NCBI GenBank assembly: GCA_030390025.1
Contig: CM059435.1
Span: 85,560,001 to 85,624,000, forward strand
Direction: 5' to 3'
DNA: 64,000 nt
Source of the DNA: Squalus acanthias
Taxonomy: Eukaryota
Positions 12,634 to 26,375 of this stretch are shown here, one piece after another (position 1 is the stretch's first letter; each line of letters begins with the position of its first letter). The notes under the pieces were generated by a model. That model was not told where the DNA came from. It searched no databases and saw only the letters and a list, made by a program, of their open reading frames with translations. The position numbers and the translations under genes are program-made.

Positions 12634-15600
12634 GCCCTGATTTTAATTCCGGGTGGGTTTTGGGTGGGTGGTTAATGGAGTGAGTTTGAAACTCACCCGT
12701 TGCCCCAGAAAACATGTCCATTAGAATTTTAAACATATTTTAACTTCTAGACCTCATTAGAATGTCATTGGTGGGTTTCCCATCCGAATCGCAGACACGC
12801 TGGGAAAAGCCGCCCACTTTGTCAGTGCAATTTCTGACGGGTGAGCCAGAGGTCTATTTAAAGTGTCAAAGCCTCTTAAAGCGAGGTTGCATTGCCTTTT
12901 GCCTGATTTTGCTGCAGGAAGGAACAGCTTCAGGATGAGTCGCAGACAGGACTCCAGTGGGAGAAACTGGGTACCTTTGCGCATCCCGTTATCACCTCAG
13001 GGTGGCAATAACGAGGCGCTAATCACTACCGACCGGGCGCAGCGAGAAGATCGACTCCCGCTATATTCGGCGGGAGGTTTGCGGCGGCGGTATGGCATTG
13101 CGCCCGGAGATCGTGACGGCATTGCCCCGGTAGCGCCCCGGACCCGAACTTCGGTTCCGCCCCCTGCAGCATCGCCGGGCGAAAACACCGGCAGCTGCAG
13201 GAGGCATTCGTCGGGAGACCGGGCACTTCAGAGGCGATACTTAAAGGCGAGGTGGCCGAGCTAAGTGGAAAAAATTCTCAAATGGTCTTTCTGTTTTTTT
13301 TTTAATTTATCTTCTCCAGTGCTCGATCAGCCCGGCACTCTGCTGCAGTGCATCGGGCTGATCGGGCTGGATCGCGGCTGCCGTCGGGGACCAGGTAAGT
13401 TTTCCCCTTGCAGAGCCTGCAGCGATGGCCCTTCCCTTTAAAGGAGGGAAGGAGCCTTCCAACGCGGCAGCGCTGCACGGCCCAGTGTACAGCGCTGCAC
13501 ACCTACCACCCCGCCTGCTGCCTGCTGCACTCCAGGAATGAAGTGGAGCGCTTGATTTCGTGCTCCACTTCCTTCCTGGAGTGCAAAACCGAATTATTTA
13601 AAAGTTGAAAGACATTAGCGCCTGGTGCTAATTTTTTCAGCTTTTAAAAGTTAGCACCCCAAACGGGGTGATACCGAATTTCTCCCCCTAGGTTCTTTGA
13701 AGACTCCCTGGAGGTCCTGCTGGAAGAGGTCAGGACTAGAAGGTAAATTTTCTTTTCAGTCAGTGGGAGGAGAATCCCAATACACCAAGTCCACCAGGCA
13801 CGGAGCGAGATTGCTGAAATTGTCAGCTCCAGCGCATCACCCCCAAGGACCTGGATGCCGTGCAGGAAGCGATTCAATGATCTCTCAAGAGTAGCAAAGG
13901 TGAGTACAGCTCTTCATTTCTCCATCTCTCTCAAGAACACATGGCAACAGTCCTTTTCCCCCAGCCCCCTCACCTCAACCACCCCCTCCCCTCCATCACA
14001 TCCTTCACCACCCAGCACAAGGCTGTACACTACCACTTCTCATTCTCATTACAAACACACACTCATCCCTTCCTTATTCCCTTCACAGTAGCCACTTACA
14101 CCATTCTCCGCTCACTTGCTAGCCTTTGCACAATCATCAACTTCTCTCAGGGCTCCTTCCTCACTTCACACTCCAGACACATGTTTTCCATTCAACACCT
14201 CCCCATCCTGGTTCCATTGGCGTCTTCTCTTTCTAAGCATTTGCACACCAAGGAGAAGCCCCACACATCTCCACTCCATTGTATGAGACGCTCACTAACA
14301 CTCCCTCTTTCTCTCTGCAGGACAAGGCGGAGCACAATACAGAGCACAATACAATAAGATCGGGGGCGGACCAGCCAACATAACAAACCTCTTTGAGCTG
14401 GAACAGCAAGCGCTTGAAATCAGTGGCCTATCCCGAGCTGTCAGAATAGGACATTTCAAGGCTGGAGGCTTATCTGAATAGGGTCCCTGAATATTATTTG
14501 CACCCCTTCATGAACCTTTGAAAAATGCACAATTATGCAGCTTCAATACACAACTATACCGCATTATAATGCCTGCCATGTGCTACTGTCCAGCCGCTTA
14601 GTGCCATCCTAACTCTTGTCCCTTTTCTCTTTCCTCTGGGTCCTTCTTAGGAGCCGGAGCCCTCAGAAGAAGACACCTCAGAGGAGGAGAATCCTTCTGA
14701 GGAGGCACCATCACGCGTTCCATCACTCCTAAGCAGTGATTGGCACCCTGTCTGGTTAGAGCATTATTTAGAGGGTTCTACACGTGGTGATGCACCCAGC
14801 ACTGGTGAGCAACAACAGATACTGGTGATAGGGATAGCCCAGGAGACAGCTCACCCAGGAGTGCAGTCTCTTATGCCCTGGACATGAGGGAAACTGGCCA
14901 CTACTGAAAATCCTAGAGCACTCTCATTCTGTCTGCTGGCACCATCGCAAAGGTAAAGTACTGTTTTGCTCTGGCAAGGTGGGCATTGGTGACCTGTTTG
15001 ATGTCTCCTGTAGTAGCCTGGAAGGATCCTGCGGTGAAAATGTTAAGGGGGGTGGTGACTTTGACAGCCACTGGCAAAGCACGACCCCCTGGTCCAGCGG
15101 GCGACAGGTCCTGCTGCAACAGGCCGCATAGGTCAGTGACAGCCTGCCTGGTGAAGTGCAGCCTCCTCCTGCACTGCTCCTCAGAGATATCCTAGAAAGT
15201 AACTCTAGACCCTGTGAGCTCAGGGAGGTTTTCTACGAGCAGCCACCCGCACCGCACCGCACCACCCCCCCCTTACCCAACTCAATTGCTGTTTTCTAAC
15301 AGGCCGGAATGTTGCTTGTCCTGGTTCCTGAGGCTGTTTCTGCTGCTGCTCTTCTTCCTCCAACTCTTTGTCCATCTAAAGGAGTGAAGCAAATACAACC
15401 CCCATGATAGGCAGTGAGTGCTTAACCAGATATGTGTGGTGGTGGGGGGGGCGGGGGTGGAAATGAGAATGAAGCAAACTGGAAACTCGGAACTGCCGTG
15501 TAAATACACTACTCACCATGGCACACCGATCCTAATGGCCTGAGTGCCCGCAGACGAGTGTCCCTTTAAATTCAGCTTCTTTCATGTCAGTCAGTTTGTG

Positions 15601-15876
15601 AAGCCAATCCGACTAAGATTTACTCAGCGGGTTTGCCACTGGCCTGGGCTTCTGTCCCAGTTAAAATTGAGATTCAAGTGACATCATCAGACCCCTATTT
15701 GAATTTATTTATGCGGCACTCACCCCTTTCTGGCGAGTGCGTTTGTGACTTCAGTTAGCTGTGGAGTAAAAACAGTGATGGGCGAGATTCCGGCGGGAAT
15801 GCTATGTCGATTTTCCCCGATTTTATCCGCTCACCCACCCTGTTCCCACCAGGTCGGTTGGGTTCAAATCAGCATC
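12634..15876 (+). mobile_element. Decayed Harbinger-type element carrying an intron-containing Myb/SANT-like gene
   Basis: Imperfect TIRs (ctgattttaa / ttcaaatcag). 13689-13899 encodes RFFEDSLEVLLEEVRTRR*...SEIAEIVSS...PRTWMPCRKRFNDLSRVAK. GT-AG intron 13900-14320, then a GGG-PANITNLFELEQQALEI-like segment. Confidence 0.7.
12957..13688. mobile_element. CpG-rich MITE nested in the 12634-15876 element
   Basis: TIRs GTGGGAGAAACTGGGTA / TACCGAATTTCTCCCCC; internal similarity to 47127-47825 (cccttcccttta..ggagggaagg, tagcgcc motifs). Confidence 0.7.
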
Positions 15877-16512
15877 TTTGAAATAGCTGTATCGCACAGA
15901 TTCACTCTCTCACTCATTAATGTCAAAAAGATCTTCTTTAGTGTTTGCTAGACAGCAGTGAGCTGTTTTGTTTTAGCCAGTGTGTAACGCACATGCACAG
16001 GAGCTGATACAGACATGCAAGACCTCGAGCACAAGATGGGAGTGAATTGAGTCTTTTTTACTTCTTCTGTATAATTCCCACCACAAGAACAACTGCAGAA
16101 CAACTGGTGAAAGGTTTCTGAGGAAGTAAAAAGCTTGCCACAGTCCCACAGCCTGACTCACTTGGACCACAGCCGATTCCCCCTTCTCATCCTAGGTTCA
16201 GCTGTCAATATTATTATTGAGACAATAATGTTTTGGAGCACGACTGAATCTTTTCATTGCCAATAGTAGTCCTTAGTTATTAAAAAAAACATTGAATCTT
16301 GAAAGCATAATACTAATGCCTAGTTACATCAAGCAGATACTGTGTGTGTTATGTTAAGGGTATTTGAAGTCTCTTATTCATAATCCAGAATTTGGACAGA
16401 GCCAGATAGGTGGGTTAAACGGGGATTGGCTTGTTCTGATTTTGGTTTATTACAGGTATGTTCACCATAAACAACTTGTAGTTATTAACAGTAACTAGCA
16501 GCTTTCCCCAGC

Positions 16513-18277
16513 ATCGGGACAAAGAAGGTGATATATGCTTAGAGGTGCAGGGCAAGGCTAGAATACTCAATGAGTACTTTGTATCGGTGTTTACTAAGGA
16601 GGTGGATGCTGACAAAATATCGGTAGAAGTGGAAAAGGTAGAAGCAATGGAAGGGGTGAAAATTGATAGACGGGATGTACTAGAAAGGCTGGGTATGCTT
16701 AGAGTGGATAAGTCGCCTGGTCCAGATGGCTTGCATCCCAGGTTGCGAAAGGAATTGGGGGAGGAGATAGCGGAAGGGCTTGCCATAATTTTCCAATCTT
16801 CCTTAGATGCGGACGAGGTGCCTGAGGATTGGAAAGTGGCAAATGTGACACCATTGTTCAAGAAAGGGTGTAAGGACAATCCTAGTAACTACAGGCCGGT
16901 CAGTTTCACATCAGTGGTGGGTAAAGTTTTAGAAACAATAATCAAGGAAAAAATTAACAGGCACTTGGAGAGGTTTAAGCTAATTAAGGAGAGCCAACAC
17001 GGATTTGTAAAAGGCAGATTCTGTTTGACTAATCTAATTGAATTTTTTGATGAAGTAACAGAGAGGATTGATGAAGGGAATACAATGGATGTTGTCTACA
17101 TGGATTTTAGGAAGGTGTTTGACAAAGTACCACATAGAAGGCTGGTTAACAAAATTGAGGCTCATGGAATAGGTGGGTCAGTGGCAGCTTGGATAAGGAA
17201 TTGGCTTAAGGACAGAAAACAGCGAGTTGTGGTAAATGGCTGTTTTTCAGACTGGAGGATGGTAGACAGTGGTGTTACTCAAGGTCAGTGCTGGGGCCAC
17301 TGCTTTTTTTGATATATATAAATGACCTGGATATTGGAATACAGAGTAGAATTTCTAAATTTGCCGATGACACCAAACTTGGGGGTGTGGCAAACAGTGA
17401 GGATGATACCAAGCAACTGCAACAGGACTTAGAAAGGCTAGCAGAATGGGCAGACAAGTGGCAGATGGAATTTAATACAGAGAAGTGTGAGGTGATGCAT
17501 TTTGGCAGAGGGAACAGGGAGAGGCAATATACACTTAATGGCATCATTTTAAAGAGTGTGCAGGGACAGAGGGACCTGGGAGTTAATGTACATAGGTCCC
17601 TGAAGGTGGCAGGACATATTGAGAGAGTGGTGAGCAAAGCATATGGAATCTTGGGCTTCATAAATAGAGGTATTGAGTCCAAAAGTAGAGAAGTTATGCT
17701 GAGCCTTTATAAAGCGCTGGTTAGGCCACAACTGGAGTATTGCATCCAGTTCTGGTCACCACACTTTAGGAACGATGTGAAGGCCCTTGAGAGGGTGCAG
17801 AGCAGATTTACCAGAATGGTTCCAGGGATGGGGGATCTTAGCTACAAGGACAGGTTGGAGAAGCTGGATTTGTTTTCATTAGAGCAAAGGAGGTTGAGGG
17901 GTGATTTGATAGAGGTGTACAAGATTATGACGGGTTTGAATAGGCTAGACAGGGAAAGGCTGTTCCCACTAGTTAATGGTACAAGGACTAGGGGACACAG
18001 ATTTAAGGTTTTGGGCAGGAGATACAGGGGGGATGTGAGGGAAAACTTTTTTACGCTTCGAGTGGTGATGACCTGGAACTCGCTGCCGACGGAAGTGGTG
18101 GAAGCGGAGACACTCAATGTTTTCAAGGGGAGACTGGATAGACACTTGAGGGAAATAAACTTGCAGGGCTACGGGGATAGAGCGGGGGAATGGGACTGAC
18201 TGGATTGCTCTACATAGAGCCGGCACGGACTTGATGGGCCGAACGGCCTCCTTCTGTGCCGTTATGACTCTATGATT
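16513..18277 (+). mobile_element. CR1-clade LINE, 5'-truncated, RT region with one frameshift
   Basis: ORFs 16545-17312 and 17288-18199 (KSPGPDG, QHGF, LGPLLFLIYINDL, FADDTK, RRLRGDLIEVYK). Single frameshift near 17283 in the QGS motif. 3'UTR ends in tatgactctatgatt. Confidence 0.95.
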
Positions 18278-18580
18278 GCTCATGGTGAGCTTGTGCTGTT
18301 GCAAGGGATAGGCTGTGGTGATGGGGCAGGGGCGCACATCTTCAGTGAAAGAATTTAGAAAGAAGTTTGTATGATGCACAAATATTGCTATTACACAAAT
18401 AAATCTGGTTATATGAGCAATTACTTTTGATTTTCCAGTGTAAGTAAATAAAAAAGACAGTTTCTGTAACTATTCAGAATGAATTACATAATATAAACAT
18501 TTCATTTTAAAATTTGTCATTGTTGAAATCTTCCTTTGTCGCATGTAACATGCTGTAAAACTCTTTCAATATGATACCCT

Positions 18581-19424
18581 GGGCTGGATTTTCTCAATGG
18601 GGACGCGTTGGGGGCAGGACTGCTGGTTGTCGGGTTTCAGTCCCGCCCCCAACGACGTCCGGCCAACCCACGCTATTTTCCCTTGATTGACCTTGTTAAG
18701 CCCGCCCTGTGGGCTTAGCCAGCCAATTAAGGGAAAGCCAGTGACAGAGGACGTCAACGTATGACGTTTCATTGGTCAAAAATTTTTGACAGATGAATTG
18801 TCAGCGTTTGACAGCTTTGAGAAGCTGTCGAACACTGACAATCTCTGTTCTAAGGTGAGCCCTTGTACTGAAGACTCACCAAACCTCTTTCCTCAGCAGA
18901 AATCAGATGGTTGCTGCATCGGAGAATGCAGCAGCCATTCTGTCATCTCTGCCGTTGAGATGGCACCTCCAGATCCCCAAGGGTTGAAGCCTGCAGGAAG
19001 AAACAAAGGTAATTAAACTTTTTCTAACACTTTACACTCACCTCACATACTTACCTCTCCACACTTGCACCCATCACTCACCTCCACAGCGGACTTTTCG
19101 ATCCCTCTCACCCCCGCAGACCCACTGCTCACCTCGCTGACCCTGGAGAGGTTCGCAGCCATCGGGAAGCCCGCACTTGCAGGGGTAAAATGGGGATAAG
19201 CCTCTTAACTGCCTGTTAACTACCTATTAACAGGCAGTTAATTGGCTGTAATCCCCTTTCCACCTCGAGGAGACAGGGTCCCTGCGCAAGTTGGGGATCC
19301 GCCTCCCGGGAAGATGGCCCGGAGGCGGGTTGGGGGCGGGATGGGTACCCGCTCCCAGTTTCTGCCATTTTCCCGGCAGTCCCACCTCCATACCCGCCTC
19401 CCCAGGGCTGGCAAAATTCCAGTC
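18581..19424. mobile_element. GC-rich MITE-like element
   Basis: Imperfect TIRs GGGCTGGATTTT / AAAATTCCAGTC bounding a GC-rich block in AT-rich flanks. Confidence 0.6.
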
Positions 19425-20162
19425 TTTTTAGAAAAATTATCTCAGATAAAAAGTTGAACATGTTTTATCTTGTATGTGAACAGCGAAAGATATAGGTTAG
19501 AGATACGGAGTCAAGCAGAAGGTTTCGAAACAGAATGCTGTGAGACAGTCAGGAAGCAAAAGGCTGTGAGCAGGTTGGAGTACAGGAGAGAATAGTCAGA
19601 AATTATCCTGTTTTAAGTCGAGACCTACTAATGTGGGGAAGCCTGGTGTATTCTTTATTTTGTTTTATTATGGGAAGCTAAGTTGTAGTGATTGAATGAA
19701 ATGAGCCTGATCATAACTGCTGTTCTCTATTTTCATCTTACTGCGAAATAAAGCAGCTGATTTGTTTCATTTCAAGCCCCATCTCACCAAGTGTTTGCTC
19801 AATCTGCACTTCCAAAAGATTAAATGAGTACGTGTGAAAGACGCACTTATTCAGCTCAGGTCACAAGCCGTTGTACAGGTCATTGTACACTCCTAGATTA
19901 CACCATTGTGCAAATCGATACAGGGCAGTGTGAGTCAACATTTGTACATGTACGACACTCAGACAACTTATGGGAACGACTGATGCCACCGAACCGGAGA
20001 AGGCATCACAAGACAGATCTGAATCTGTAATACAAATCTGATTTCCAGTCATAGGTTTCTGAGCAGTAAGGGTTTTCAAAAGTATTTTGAATGATTTGAT
20101 CGGCTGCAGTTGATTTCTATTATTGCTCACTGTTGATTTATTCTTTTGATAGATGCTTAGAA

Positions 20163-20445
20163 GTTCCTCTACTCCTTTCCTTTCCCACCACCCCCTCAGC
20201 TCCTGCATCCTCTTCTGCTCCTCACTCACCTGTTGCCTTCCATCCTCTCTTCCTCACCCTGCCCCTCTCCATTTCTCCTGTTCCCCCCCCACATCATTCC
20301 ATCACGTTGCCTCCTTCATGTCTGCTCCTCTCACCCTGAATACTCCCTTCCCCCTCGCCCCTTCTCCCCATTCCCTCTATCAGCCCTCTCAGCCCCTATT
20401 GCTCTCCCCACACTCCCTTTCCCTTTTCCCTCCTGCCTGCCTGCC
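20163..20445 (+). repeat. Pyrimidine-rich low-complexity tract
   Basis: About 280 bp dominated by C and T; gives spurious Pro/Ser/Leu-rich ORFs. Confidence 0.75.
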
Positions 20446-21186
20446 AGGTTGTCTCTGAAGCCAGTTTCCTAGCGCCAAGCTGAGAAGCCAACAATTTGGT
20501 TTTTTTTTAAAGCACTTATTGTGCTACAATTAGCCTAGCAGGGTAAGCACTACAGAAGAATCAAATTAGTGCTGAGAAACTGGCATAGATGGATGGGGAT
20601 AGGAACCGGATTGAGATCAAGGAGAGTGGAAAAGCACCACCAACGCAAAGAACAGGCAGGCTGTCAGAGGCCCAAGACCTGAATATGGATCCGGAACATG
20701 GGGAACAGGGTGGACCAGGCTGGGAGCAGCTTACATAAATTTCAAATAAAGGTTACTGGGCAGCAGCAAATAAATGTTAAACCAGTGTAAAATTAAACTT
20801 AGCTGTGGGGAGCGCTGTGGCCTGGGCAAGACTATTATTCCATCAGTCTGAGCTGCATTTAAATTTGAGTTCCAGAAGTGAAACATTGGTATGCTAACCC
20901 TTGCGCTATCCAATCCCCTGGATCTCAACCTGGAGTATCACCCCACCCAAGGATGGAAGTCTTTAAACATAGATCAGAGAGGAGACACACACCACAAGTG
21001 CCAGCCTACCTATTAATGCCCTGAAGTTGTAAAGTTTTTAAAATGTTGAAGAAAATAATTTTAAATTGGAGCTCAGAGAGCATACTCAGCTGGAATAGAA
21101 ATGGAATTCACCCCAGGAGTAAGCAAAGTTAAAGTCTTGGTGGGGCGGTGGAACTTTCCAATTTATTAAAGTTCGGCTTGGCCCAA

Positions 21187-21510
21187 AACATAAGAACATA
21201 AGAAACAGGAGCAGGAGTAGGCCAATCGGCCCCTCGAGCCTGCTCCGCCATTCAATAAGATCATGGCTGATCCAATCTTGGCCTCAACACCACTTTCCCG
21301 CTCTCTCCCCTTACCCCTTGACTCCCTTGTAGTTCAAATGTCTGTCAATCTCCACCTTGAATATATTCAATGACTCTGCCTCCACAGCTCTCTAGGGTAG
21401 AGAATTCCAAAGATTCACTACCCTCTGAGAGAAGAAATTCCTCCTCATCTCCGTCTTAAATGGGCGACCCCTTATTCTGAAACTATGCCCCCTAGTCCTA
21501 GATACCCCTA
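21187..21510 (-). mobile_element. CR1 LINE 3' fragment
   Basis: (aacataag)2 tail, then aggagtaggccaatcggcccctcgagcctgctccgccattcaataagatcatggctgatc, closely similar to 8900-8960. Confidence 0.88.
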
Positions 21511-21699
21511 CTGCAGGAAGTTACACATTTTAATGTTTTTTTTATTTGGACATTACTAAATTGTTTACAGTTTAAATTACACAGGTACAATTATATTATG
21601 ATAAGATGGCACAGTGTAGCTTATTAGATGAGATGTGTGAGGCAATACTTCTCTTGCCAGCAGAATCAAAGTGTGGCTGCTTTGCCTATAACAGATTGT

Positions 21700-21871
21700 C
21701 TGGTAATTTATCTCATTGCTGTTTGTGGGACCTTATTGAGCACAACTTGGCTTCTGCTTTTCCCTACATTACAACAGTGACTACACTTCAAAAATAGTTC
21801 ATTGGCTGTGAAATGCTTTGGGACCCCCTGAGGTTGTGCAAGGCAATATATAAATCCAAATTCTTTCTTTT
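21700..21871 (+). mobile_element. Deu-domain SINE 3' half
   Basis: cattgctgtttgtgggacc...acattacaacagtgactacacttcaaaa matches the same family. Confidence 0.78.
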
Positions 21872-22837
21872 GAATAAAATATTGAGCAAAGTGCCTCTGA
21901 TGGCCTGAATGTGGTTCACCGGGGCGCTTAACTATTAGCAACCAGTACCTGTATACAAACCTCTTAATGACATTTATGCAAGGGACACATGGATAAAGGG
22001 GATGATCTCCTCTCTCTGCCCATTAAGAATGTAGTAGTGAAATTTAATTGCCCACAGATCCCTGTAATATCTTCATTGTCAATGGTGGGCTAGTTCTGCA
22101 TGAGTAGCATCCAGGATCTTGAGACCATGTCCATTGTAATTGCCTGTCAGTGAGAGTAATTAGGAATGCCTGGGGGGATGCAATCTTAACCACAAATTAA
22201 AGAAAACAATTTTTGTTCTATTTTGTATGTTGCTGCTGGGTGACGTTAACACTCTGATCCCAAAAGCTTTTCTGGGAAGTACTGTTTAAATCCCAACTAG
22301 ATGTATCCAATTTGAAAAGAAAATGTTTATCCTTGCCTCAGGAGTTGCATAAGTTATAAGTGCCATTCTGTGATCCTACTGCAGGACTCCAATGTTAGAT
22401 TTCCTGTCAGACTCCTCGTGTTGCACGTACATAATTTCCTCCAACTTACGACCTTCCCTTTTAAAATCAGGAACATCTGGCACTTACTGACTTCAGTGAG
22501 CCACTGGGGCAAAGGGTGATGTTGAGCTAGGCCGGGTACAACCCCAGCAGCAATTGTGAGATGACTCGTATCTGTGTCCTTCCTCTGTATCTTTCAGTGA
22601 GATGTTTGCAGAGAGTGATTTTGAGAGAGGCCTAAGAGCAGGCCGCTTGTCTGATTTCTAATTGGACAAAATGGACAGGGGAAGAGGAAGATTAGAAGCA
22701 AATTGAGAGAGTTACTAACAAATGGGATAAGGACTGAGGAAAAATGCAAAAGAATAATTTCCACCTCACCATCTTCCTTTGGTTCAAACTCAGAACCAGG
22801 CACTTTTTTTTTTAACAATGATCTTGTAAACATGTAG

Positions 22838-23065
22838 TTTTTCGCAGCGAGTTGTTACGATCTGGAATGCACTGACTGAAAGGGTGGTGGAAGCAGATTC
22901 AATAATAACTTTCAAAACGGAATTGGATATATACTTGAAAAGGAAAATTTACAGGGTTATGGGGAAAGAGCGGAGGAGTGGAATTAATTGGATAGCTTTC
23001 AAAGATTTGGCACAGGCAGAGTTGGCCGAATGGCGTCCTTCTGCTCTATAAGATTCTATGATTCT
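22838..23065 (+). mobile_element. CR1 LINE 3' fragment
   Basis: Encodes the ORF2 end (RVVTIWNAL..RVVEADS...FKTELDIYLK) and ends in gattctatgattct; similar to 18050-18277. Confidence 0.85.
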
Positions 23066-26000
23066 ACCCAGGCAAGTAATTGACCACCATCAGTTATTGT
23101 GTGACTTGTGTATCTGCGTGTCAGCTCTTGCATAAGTACAATACACACCAAGTAAAAGTCATTCCAGTTTGACACTTCCATTTCCCACACCATCCATTGT
23201 TGTAGCTTCTTTGAGTTAAACTACCAATTTGGAGAATTATTGATAGTTTTTTGCTGCACGGAGTCATACAAACTAGGAACTGGGTTGAGATGTTCCAGAC
23301 TCATTGCACATGGGGCTTTTACAGCCAACAGATGGAGGAGACTATCATCCCATCAGTCTCGGCTGCATTCAAATTGGAGTGCCAGAGATGAAAGAGACAG
23401 TGTATGGGAGTTACTTTTAATAAAAGAAGATAGGTTTTCTAACATCATAAATAGTATAAATCAGACCCTTAACTTCTCGGCTGGCAGGAGAGGCACCTCC
23501 TATGTTATGACTGCAATGAAGCCACTTCAAAGTAACTGTTGTGTGTCCAAAGCTTTTAGCAAGAGTGCTGCTGAAAGAGGATCTGTCACCAGTTGAGCCA
23601 GCTGCTTAATCCTGCTCATTTCAAAACTGGAATGTTTAAGAAGTTAATAACAAACTGAAGCATTTCATTTCTTTTTCAGTTACTTTTTTCTTTTCAATTT
23701 AGCTCTCTAGTATGTTGACCAGGCCTTGCATCTAAGGAACTTCTATTGATGGAGCGTGTACCTGTTACTTAATTAATGTCTGTGTGTGCCTATGTTTCTG
23801 TGTGTATCCGCTTCCTTGCCCATGTGTGTATGGGCTGTCTGTAACGCTGTTAACTATGGGCAAAAGCCGGGTGTTAGATTTTCAGTTGTGAGCCAGCCAC
23901 ATTCCCAAGATATCACCATGCGCCACAAACACGAATGTGGTTAAAAGCGACAAGCTCCATCTGTCACGTGGGTTACCGCTGCACGTTAATCGGAGTTTGA
24001 TGCCCTATTACTGCTGACAATCCTGCTGCGAGTCACTGATTTTCCTTTAATTATAGTTACAGTATCTCCTGGTCACCACAAGGAAGAAGTGGTCACCTGC
24101 CAGAATTCTCCTGAAAATGTTGTTTCCGCAGCAGGAAGGATGAGCAATGGTTGTGGAATAAAAGCAGCTGGCGCAAAGCCCCAGCATTAAAATTAATGGG
24201 CAGGGAATTGCGGGCTGCTGATGCCGAATTTACCAACTTGCGCCCCTGGCGTGTGCCAGGAATGCTGAAGTGGAAAATGTCGGCTGCTGCGTGTAATGGG
24301 TGTTATCATGAAATAATGAAAGGAGAGGAGGCTGATTTATTTTTAATTTTTGCTATCAAAGTGTTTTATTCTGGAGCGCACTGATATCCAATTATTTATA
24401 GAATTTCTTGATGAAGATTAGAGACTCATTTGTTTCCCACTGTGGGGCCCCACTGGAGATCAGCCAACCATTCAGCATGCACCAGTCTCTAATGTATTTT
24501 CTGTATAAATGTTCTTAAATAAATTAAATGTCCTGTATGGGGAGAAGGCAAAGGAGATGCAAAATAAACATTGAGGAGAAAAGTAACTCTAGGGGAAAGT
24601 AACTCGAGGTTTCTGTAGCTCTAGTGCTCATTATTGTGAAGGTGAAAAGAATGGTAACTGTAGAGTTTGGTGCCAATGGTGTTATATGATGAGGAAACTC
24701 CTGGGGTTGGTGCTGTGAATATCAAAGGAGATGGTAGCTTTGGAACTCCATGTTCTGAATGTTAAAGGAACCAGTAACTCTAGGAGGTATTGCTGAATTT
24801 TGAAGCAGATGATCGAATAGCTTTTCCGCTGGCCTCTGCCTAATTTTGTGACACGATTGAGTGGTTGGCAATGCGACATGGTTTGGAGATTGGTTATGTT
24901 GGATCTCTACCAATGTCATTTCCGGCAACCGGCAGAAGCACCTGCCTCAAAAATGTTAAACATTCACTTGGGAGCAGGGCCATCCTGCAAGTCATTTCCC
25001 ACTGTTCTGGTGTGCAGGCGTCATATATAAATTACACCTATTTTAAATGGGTGTCCATAGTTGCTAGGCAGCGGTAAGTACAGGGAAGGTCATGGAAAGG
25101 GCACCATCAAATTAAGGTAGATGCATTTCAGCCATTTGTTAACCGCTTTTGTTGTGTGTTTTTTCCTGGTGGCACTTAGATTCTCTTGAGCCTTTGTACC
25201 AAGTGTTGTAAATTATTTTTTGCCCCAGCACCATTACTGAAACTGCTGTGGTTTCCATTGGGAACCCCCTATCTTTGGTGGTTTGAAGAGAAGGAAGACC
25301 AACAAAGGGATGCCGGACAGGTCAGGTTACACAAAAGGTGCTCTGTGCCCACCCACTATTACCTGCACATCTGCAAACAGAGACGAACGTACTTTGCTTC
25401 GGCACATGATGTGTGCAACCTGATGAAAACAACTTCCAAACTTTGCACGCACAACAGCCTGAGTACTGCTTGCCACGATGCTTTCCCCTCCATGCCAATG
25501 TGTGAAGAATGTGCTCGTAATTCTAGTTCTTGTGCTTCTTCTACATGTTACCTCTGTGTCATTTAGCCCATAATGGGAGTGATGGCAACAAGCAGTTAGA
25601 TTCCATGTGAGGCATTTGGCGAATTGATTGCATGAACGGTTGTAAGTGAAGGAACCTTTTCAGGTAAAGGCTAGGGGCGTACGAGGCACTATACTGCCTC
25701 TTGGATATGGATGGTAAGCAAATCAAACACTTTAACAGCATGTGAAGGAGGTCATTGTAAGTGGCAGCCACTTTCCCCAAACATCACAAAATATCCATGA
25801 CAGTATTCCTGTATATAGGAACCGTGACACCGTGACAAGTTCTGACTGCTGCAGATCATAAATCTGTGACACCATAACTTACGGTGTCATTTTTAATTGG
25901 CAGTAGTGGTGTGTTAATTATCAATGATGCCACTATCTCTATAAACTCATTGAGGTTCTAGAGGCTGCAGGTTGTTTTCTGAACTAACACTGGCCTACCC

Positions 26001-26375
26001 GAATTTGTTTTTCTTCTTGGCCTCCTTCGGCTCTGCATCAACGAGAGAGCAGGCAGCCGACCTATTCTCAGGACTCTTGCCAATGAACCCCCCCCGCCCC
26101 CCACAGTGCCAACAAAAAGATATGTGAGACCAACTGAGAGGCAGTGTTCCCTTCCTCCTTGCCCCACACACGACACCTCTCCATCAATGGCAAGCTGCAT
26201 CTCGTCATCACTTGTTGCTGCATGTTGGTGCTCCAACACTTCACACTCCTGTGCCAGCTGACAACTGGGTGAAACTCTTGTTAAAAAGGCAGAGTCTGCT
26301 CTGGATGTAGAATAACTACAGTGATGAGCGATGGAGGTGAGAATGAGTTGGTTTACAGCTGCTTTTTTCTTACAG

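Noticed and set aside
24140-25950. Possible very old Harbinger element with a Myb-like remnant near 25560-25780
   Set aside because: Similarity is too decayed to fix boundaries or motifs by eye.
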